A program made the position numbers and the translations under genes. A stretch of DNA of 64,000 bases from assembly GCA_043228905.1 (NCBI GenBank), contig JBHGNT010000004.1, positions 10,416,001 to 10,480,000 on the forward strand, written 5' to 3'. This DNA is from Azolla caroliniana (Eukaryota > Plantae > Polypodiophyta). The notes beneath the pieces are model-generated. The model saw only the letters and a program-made list of their open reading frames with translations. It made no database searches and was not told the DNA's origin. Below, one piece after another: positions 57,663-64,000 of the stretch (its first letter is position 1; each line of letters starts with the position of its first letter).

Positions 57663-60512
57663 TCATTGTTCACCCACATTGTCCAAATTACTTTGTTCAA
57701 GAATTTCCACTTGCTCTTCCGGTTGTGGTTGCTGCGGCTGTGCTTGCTGCTGCTGCTGTGGTTGAGGTTGGGACTGAGGCTGCTCCGGCTGCTCTGCTTG
57801 CTGCTGCTGCTCCATTTGTTTCGCTGCCTCCGGCTGCTCCGTTTGTCTCTCTGGCTCCGGCATCTCCGATTGACTGCACCCGGTCCGGTCTTCTTCCAGT
57901 AACGGTTCCTCATCACTGAGGTTGACCGTAACTGGTTCTCGTTCTTTCTCTCCCCGGATCCGGGACCTTTCGTAACTTTCAAACTGGATCTGCGCCTCCA
58001 GCCTGTCGTCGTCCAGCTGAGCTACAAGTTGCCGGACTTGCTCTAGTTGGTCCTCTGCCAAGGCTTGAAAGTCTTCGGCAAGCTCATCTCTTATGCCGGT
58101 GAAGTCTTCGGAAGTCAGCATATAGCAATCCTCTCCCTCTTTCCGCCGGTTCTCTACGTCGGCCCGGAGCAATTGGAGTTCCGCCGCGTTCGTGGCCCAC
58201 TTGGTCCACCATGTGACGGACCCGTTGTCAATCAAGCTCTTGGTCTGGTTTAACCAGGCCCGCATAATATCTTGGATGCGACTTGCTCCCATTTGAGCTC
58301 TGCTTTCCACCACTTGTCGCTCCTCCTTCAACTGCTTGATGAGGTTTGCCGTATCCTCCGCCTGCTCTCTGTAGCGCGTCAGCTGCCCTTGATATGTCGT
58401 TTGCAGCCTCTGCAGTACATCCGCCGCTCTTTCTTTTTCCGCCTGCTGTTGCCTGAGGAGCTCTGTCCGAACCTTCTCCTCCTCTTCCAACCGTCTTCTG
58501 TTTTCCGCTTGTTCCTTGGCGAATGCGGCTGCGGTCCGATCAACGGCTTGCCGGAGCTCATCCGTCCGTTCCTTGTGCTCCGTTTGCAACCGTTTATACT
58601 CCCTGTGCAATTGCTCAAATTCCTCCGTTTTTTGTTTGAGCTTGCCGTTGATTTGGCGATGGTTCCGGTCCTCCCGGTCCTTTACCTGCCGGAGTTCCTC
58701 TTTCAGGCGCTCTACTTCTGTTTCGGCGTTCCTCCGGAGCTTGTCCTTCTCTTGCAGCATTTTCTCTTTTTCCTCCTTGAGCCGGTCGTATGCTTGGTGG
58801 CCTTTCCGTAAGCTCTCCTCGGCCCGGCGTAGATTCTCAGCAGTCTTTTTGAGTTCTGCCTCCGCTGCCGTCTTCAAATCTCTTTCGCGGCTCCTCAGCG
58901 CTTCTTGGGCAGCAAGCTCGTCCTTTAAATCCGCAAGCTCTTGGGCTTGTGCCGCATTTCTCTCCGGAACGGTTTCCGTTGCCGGGGTCTGATTGCTATG
59001 TACAGGTTGATCCGACACTTTATTCTGTACATTGCCCGGAGTCACCGGTGCTTGGACTTGTGTTTCCCTTGTGACCCTGTCCAAGTCTTGTTCAAGGCTC
59101 CGGATTCTGGACCGGGCCGTCTCTAGATCTACGGTTGTGACGAGCAACCGTTCCTGGTGCGCTCTCTCTTCCGCCTCTATATACTCGACCACTCCGGCGA
59201 TTTGCTCGCCTACCCACCGTAGCCACATGCTACTGGTGCCTTGTTGCTGTACTGGTCGGGTCGGCTCATTCACCGTGGAATTGTCTGGCCTGATTGCCTG
59301 CATATGCCGTTCTGGTTCTACTCCTTGGCCGCCGTGTGCTCTGGCTGGGCTCGCCGGCTGTTGAGTTCCGGTTCTCGCCGTCTCCGGAGCCGTTGGACTG
59401 ACTACTTCTATAGAAGTCGACAAGACCGGTTCCCTACGCACCGGTTCCGGTTCTTCCCTTGTGGTTTGCTCAGGTTGAGTTGGGGGCGTTTCTGCCTCGC
59501 GTGGGTACGACCGCTCCCCTCCTGTCTCGGCGGTCCTACTTCTTGACCGTCGTTGGAGGTGCTCTTCTGGCTCCTCCGTTTCCTCTTCCTGTGTCACGGC
59601 ATGTTTCTGTGCCGTCAAGGGTTCCGGTTCCTTCTGTCCTGGTCTCCGTAAGGTTATCTTGACGGGTCGGACCGGTGACACCTCCTCCGGTTCTGGGGCC
59701 CGTTTCTTCCCTCTCGTCGCCTTTGACGCCAGCAGCTGCTGTCGTTTGGACGCCGGCTTCGAGGTGCTTCCTTCCGATACTCTTGGCCGCTTCTTTGGCT
59801 GGACGGTCTCGACCGGCGGCACGAGCAATGTTATCCATTGAGCTACGGCGTGCCACAGCTTCCGGCCCTCCTTGCCGTCCTTCCCTCGTACCATGTCGAT
59901 TGCCATGCACAACCCGTCTGCAATCAACACCGGCCAGTCCACCTTGACCCCTTCATAGGTGGCTATGATCATCCCTGCCCGATTTTTTGGCATGACAGGG
60001 GGTCGGGGGTACACGTGACCGTACTCATGGAGCACTCGAGCTATCTCCCTGAATAGCGGATCTTCGCCGCCCTGCGTCCGATAGCCTTTTCCGGCAACAG
60101 AGTACTCACCGAAATATCGGGTGAGTTGCTCCGAGGTTGGGTTATCGATCTGAAAGATTCCTCCCTCCGGAAGGCCTGTTAGCGCGCGGATCGCTTCCTC
60201 GGTGATGACCTCTGTGGCGAGCTCCTTGATGACCCGGTCGGCTTCTCTGTGCGGCGGTGCCTCCATGATGGCCAAGAACCCCTCCAGTCCGTTTTGCCTG
60301 AACCATTTCCTGGCCGCTTCCGACAGCGTTTGTGGTTCCATGTCTGCTTCAAGGTCGAGGGAAGATGGCGAGGTAGAGTGGTGATGAGGGTGAGAGCGAG
60401 AGAGAGAGCGTTCTGAGCGCGGGGGTTCTCTGCGTGCAGGTTCGCGTTTGCTCAGCCTCCACTGCCTTGGTGCTTCTGTGCTTCTTGGCTCGCGAAAAAA
60501 GAAGGTCTCCAT
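57663..60512 (-). CDS. Intact extra ORF of element E (949 aa from the first ATG; ATG homologous to copy A at 60341): coiled-coil protein of unknown function
   Basis: Long uninterrupted ORF between integrase and the 3' LTR, same strand as pol. Conserved with 7-2676 and, distantly, with 22572-24487. Confidence 0.85.
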   Translation of the reverse strand: METFFFREPRSTEAPRQWRLSKREPARREPPRSERSLSRSHPHHHSTSPSSLDLEADMEPQTLSEAARKWFRQNGLEGFLAIMEAPPHREADRVIKELATEVITEEAIRALTGLPEGGIFQIDNPTSEQLTRYFGEYSVAGKGYRTQGGEDPLFREIARVLHEYGHVYPRPPVMPKNRAGMIIATYEGVKVDWPVLIADGLCMAIDMVRGKDGKEGRKLWHAVAQWITLLVPPVETVQPKKRPRVSEGSTSKPASKRQQLLASKATRGKKRAPEPEEVSPVRPVKITLRRPGQKEPEPLTAQKHAVTQEEETEEPEEHLQRRSRSRTAETGGERSYPREAETPPTQPEQTTREEPEPVRREPVLSTSIEVVSPTAPETARTGTQQPASPARAHGGQGVEPERHMQAIRPDNSTVNEPTRPVQQQGTSSMWLRWVGEQIAGVVEYIEAEERAHQERLLVTTVDLETARSRIRSLEQDLDRVTRETQVQAPVTPGNVQNKVSDQPVHSNQTPATETVPERNAAQAQELADLKDELAAQEALRSRERDLKTAAEAELKKTAENLRRAEESLRKGHQAYDRLKEEKEKMLQEKDKLRRNAETEVERLKEELRQVKDREDRNHRQINGKLKQKTEEFEQLHREYKRLQTEHKERTDELRQAVDRTAAAFAKEQAENRRRLEEEEKVRTELLRQQQAEKERAADVLQRLQTTYQGQLTRYREQAEDTANLIKQLKEERQVVESRAQMGASRIQDIMRAWLNQTKSLIDNGSVTWWTKWATNAAELQLLRADVENRRKEGEDCYMLTSEDFTGIRDELAEDFQALAEDQLEQVRQLVAQLDDDRLEAQIQFESYERSRIRGEKEREPVTVNLSDEEPLLEEDRTGCSQSEMPEPERQTEQPEAAKQMEQQQQAEQPEQPQSQPQPQQQQQAQPQQPQPEEQVEILEQSNLDNVGEQ

Positions 60513-60733
60513 GCGCTCCTCTTTTTCTCTGTGCGTCTTGGCGCCTTTTTTCGAGCGTGCGCACGTCGTGTACCGATTTAGTATTAAGTAGCGTGGCGTC
60601 TCTTAAATGCCCACTACGTACCTTTTCGCGCCTCGCTTTCACACCCGTTCATACCTCGATTTTTAATGATTATTTTTTTTTATTTATTTATTTATTTATT
60701 TATTTATTTTTTTTTTAATGACGGTGTTTGACC

Positions 60734-63700
60734 TTACACATCCGTAAGTCCCTTCGGACCCTGACCGTTTTCCTTACGGGTTGCCGTGTCTTCCTTCGTA
60801 TTTACTACGGGTTCCCCGTCGTCTTTTTCTTCCGGATCGATCCGTACCGATCCCGGATAGGTTCCTGGTGTAGTGCCGGTGAGCTGCATAAACGGGTTCT
60901 TTGGCATCGGTCCTTTATAGGGCTTTAGTCGAAATCCATTCACCCACTTGCCTAGTACTTCCCCGGCAAGTGTCCCTATCTGATAGGACCCGTTGTATTC
61001 CCGTGTCAGCCAATACGGGCCTGTCCATCTGAACCGGAGTTTACCCGGCATTTTGCCCATCCTCGTTTGGAATACTAGAACCGGCTTCCCGATTTCGAAC
61101 ATCTTTTCGTTACCTTTCCGGTGACGGTCAACGAACGCTTTCCGTCGTCGTTGCTCCAGTTCCATGTGTAGGATGCTGGCCAGCCGTTGCTCCTCCAATT
61201 CGCATAGTGCTGCTAGCCGCATTTCCTCCGACTTCTTTTCATTCAGCCGTTCCCGTAGTTGGATCCGTAAGCTTGGTACCTGAAACTCGACCGGCATGAC
61301 CGCTTCTAAGCCGAATGCTAACCGGAACGGCGTTGTCCGGATACTCGTTTTGTATGCCGTTCTGTACGCCCATAGCGCACTATGGAGCTTTGTGTCCCAG
61401 TCCGTCCGGTTTTCATTGACAATTTTGCGGAGAATGTTCTGCAGCGTTTTGTTGGTGGACTCTGCTAACCCGTTCGCCTGTGGGTAATACGGTGTGCTTC
61501 TTTTATGGACCACGGCATAGAACGTTGTTAAGCTTTCCACTACCTGGCCGAGGAAGTGGCCTCCTTGGTCGCTGATTAATTCAATCGGACATCCATATCG
61601 GCACCAAATGTTTTCGTACAGGAATTTTGCTGTGGATGCCGCGGTGTTGTCTCTCAGGGCCTTCGCTTCCACCCATTTAGTGCAATAATCCGTTGCCACG
61701 ATGACATAACGATTACCCGTTCTCATTGCCGGTGGCTTGAACGGTCCGACAAAATCCAACCCCCACTTCTGGAATGGCTCTAGTGGAAGTACCAGTTGGT
61801 GTGGCATCCGTGCTTGCTCCGTAGGCTGGCCCATTCGTTGGCATAGGTCACATTCCCTAGCATACTTGACGGCATCTTTTAGCGTCGTGGGCCACCATAA
61901 GCCGCTCTGCCAAACCTTCCTTGCCGTCGCTTCCCCGGCGTAGTGTCCTCCGGCAACCCCACAGTGTGCTTCCCGTAAGATTACTTCTTTCTCGTCACTA
62001 CGGACTGCCCGTCTCCATATTCCATCTGCTCCTTTGTGGTAGAGAGTGTCCCGTAACAGACAGAAATTGCGGCTCTGCACCGCCAGTCGTTTCCTCTCGT
62101 CCCGGTTCATTTCCTCCGGTGGCAAGCCCGTGCTTAGGAACTGGTGCATGTTTGTCAGCCATTTATCTTCTGATGACACCGTGTCGTCCGCTGCCGTTTC
62201 CGGGGTGATACGGAATAACTCCGCGTCCGGAAATTCATCCGCTACTCCGTCGCCTGGTTCTCCGGACTCTAACCGGCTCAGGTAGTCTGCTACGGCATGC
62301 TGGATACCGGGCCGGTGGAAAATCTCGAATTCGAACTCCTGCAACAGTAAGGTCCAACGGGCCAACTTACCGGTCAGGGACGCCTTGGAAACTAAGTAGA
62401 GGAGCGCCGAGTGATCCACATGAAAGGAGAACTTCCTTCCCAATAGGTAGTGCCGAGGGCCTCCCGTTCCGTCGTTGAATAGTTCTTCTCCGCTTGGGAC
62501 AGCTTCCGGCTGGCGTAATATACCGGCCGGTACCATTTGGGCTCCGTAAGCTGCATTAAGGCGCTGCCAATAGCGATGTCGGACGCGTCCACGAACACGT
62601 GAAATTCCTTGCTCCAATCCGGAGGCTGCACGACGGGTGCTTGCGATAAAAGTACCTTCAGGGCATTGTATGCCTTATCCTCCGTATCCGTCCATTGGAA
62701 CGGTGTCCGATGTACCGCGGTGTGTAGTGGTGTAGCCAAATCAGCCAAGTGACGGAGCATCCGGCTGTGCCACCGGATCTGTCCTAAGAATCGGCTTAGT
62801 GCTTTGGCTGTTTTCGGTGCCGGTGCCCCTAGTATGGCGTTTACTTTGTCCGGGTCGACCGCAATGCCCTCCTTACTGACAATGTGTCCCAGCAATATTC
62901 CACTTGAAACTCCAAAGATGCATTTCGCTGGATTTAAGCTTAGCCGGTATAGCCTACACTTTTCAAGGCATAACCGGAGGTGCTGCAAATGGTCTTTTCC
63001 CCGGCTATAGACTGCAAAATCATCCAGGAAAACTTGCATGAAGGCAGGAATGTAATCGCCGAAGATCTCCATGATGATTCGCTGGAACGTTGCTGGTGCC
63101 GTTTTTAGGCCGAACATCATGACTTCGGCCACAAACACCCCCCATTCGGTGACGAACGCTGTCTTCTCCTGGTCGTCGGGGTGCATCCGGATTTGATTGT
63201 AACCGCTGAACCCGTCTAGAAAGCTATAAACTTCATGGCCGGCGACGACATCCAGTACTCCGTCCGTGAACGGAAGAGGGAATGCATCCGTAATTGTGGC
63301 GGCATTTAGTTTCCTGTAATCTACACACACACGGATTTTACCGTTCTTCTTGGGGACGACGACGATGGGGCTTAGCCACGTCGCTTTCTTTACTGGCCGG
63401 ATGAAGCCCACTCTTAGGAGTTTGTCGATTTCCTCCTTCACTTTGGCGGCGTAGTTGGGGTTCATTCGGTATCGTCTTTGCGCCACTGGTTTCGCGTCCT
63501 TGCCTAAGTGGATCTGATGCTGATATAATTGAGGGTCCAGCCCTCGCATGTCCTCGTATGACCAGGCGAATACGTCGCGAAACTCCGTGAGAAGTTTGAT
63601 CATCGCCGCTTTATCTTCCGGCTTCATTTCTTTGGCGATGTGAACCGGCTTTGATTCGTCCTTGCTTCCTAGGTTCACTTCGTCGAGCTGGGATGCTTTT

Positions 63701-64000
63701 ACCCGTTGGGAAACGGCCATTTCCCGTTCCAATGCTTCCTGTGCTTGCCGTAATTCCCGAATCGCATCTTTATCTGGTTCGGCTTCGGTGTCGTCCCGCT
63801 GCGGCAAGTATGGTGCTACGGCTTCAGCTACGTCAATCTCGAAGAGTGGTACGATCTTCGGGTGTTCCTCCAAGTACTGGGCTTCCTCGTCATCTGCCAA
63901 TCCTTCAAGCATGTTCACACATTCCGCATACAGGGGTGTGCATTCCTTACCATTGCTTGTCCGTGGTTGTGTCGGAACCCGGACCTTGGCTTTTCCGCGC
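60734..64000 (-). pseudogene. pol of element E, frameshifted by a small deletion in RNase H near 62455
   Basis: ORF 62392-63918 (RT-RH) switches frame at EREALG| to |RHYLLGRKF in ORF 60734-62617 (RH end-INT); the intervening conserved residues are missing. Confidence 0.9.

Larger units (their letters stand above)
57191..64000 (-). mobile_element. Element E: Athila-like Ty3/gypsy (RT-RH-INT, extra ORF, inverted PBS, 3' LTR); runs out of the window
   Basis: RT (LDGFSGYNQI, FLDD), RNase H (DASDIAIG, NYSTTEREAL), integrase (H..GGHYAG..C..C, DFVGP, DQGGHF, QANGLAE, WTGPY). LTR 57191-57610 with TGTTA/TAACA ends. Confidence 0.93.

Overview
Eukaryotic, almost certainly land-plant, nuclear DNA. A non-seed plant such as a moss, lycophyte or fern is inferred from the element types and from a LOV1 domain that keeps its cysteine. 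About three quarters of the window is two stacks of nested, mostly decayed transposable elements (1-29.9 kb and 43-64 kb): Ty3/gypsy (Athila-like with an extra ORF, a second non-chromovirus family, chromovirus remnants), Ty1/copia (one intact and very young), LINE fragments, solo LTRs and DNA-transposon-like ends. Between the stacks lies an AT-rich island with one host gene, a 7-exon LOV/LOV (PAS/LOV, LLP/PLP) blue-light receptor at 34003-37209. Main findings: (1) two Athila-like elements have no polypurine tract before the 3' LTR and carry a CCA-ending copy of a tRNA-Arg 3' end there instead (an inverted PBS), suggesting tRNA-primed plus-strand synthesis or RNA self-pairing; (2) a candidate -1 ribosomal frameshift signal (G_GAU_UUU plus H-type pseudoknot) between protease and RT of a gypsy element; (3) a ~420-bp inverted repeat at an LTR, probably a rearrangement product; (4) heat-shock-element arrays in a chromovirus LTR; (5) an atypical LOV1 flavin pocket. 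Family and tRNA assignments come from motif recognition and memory, not database searches.
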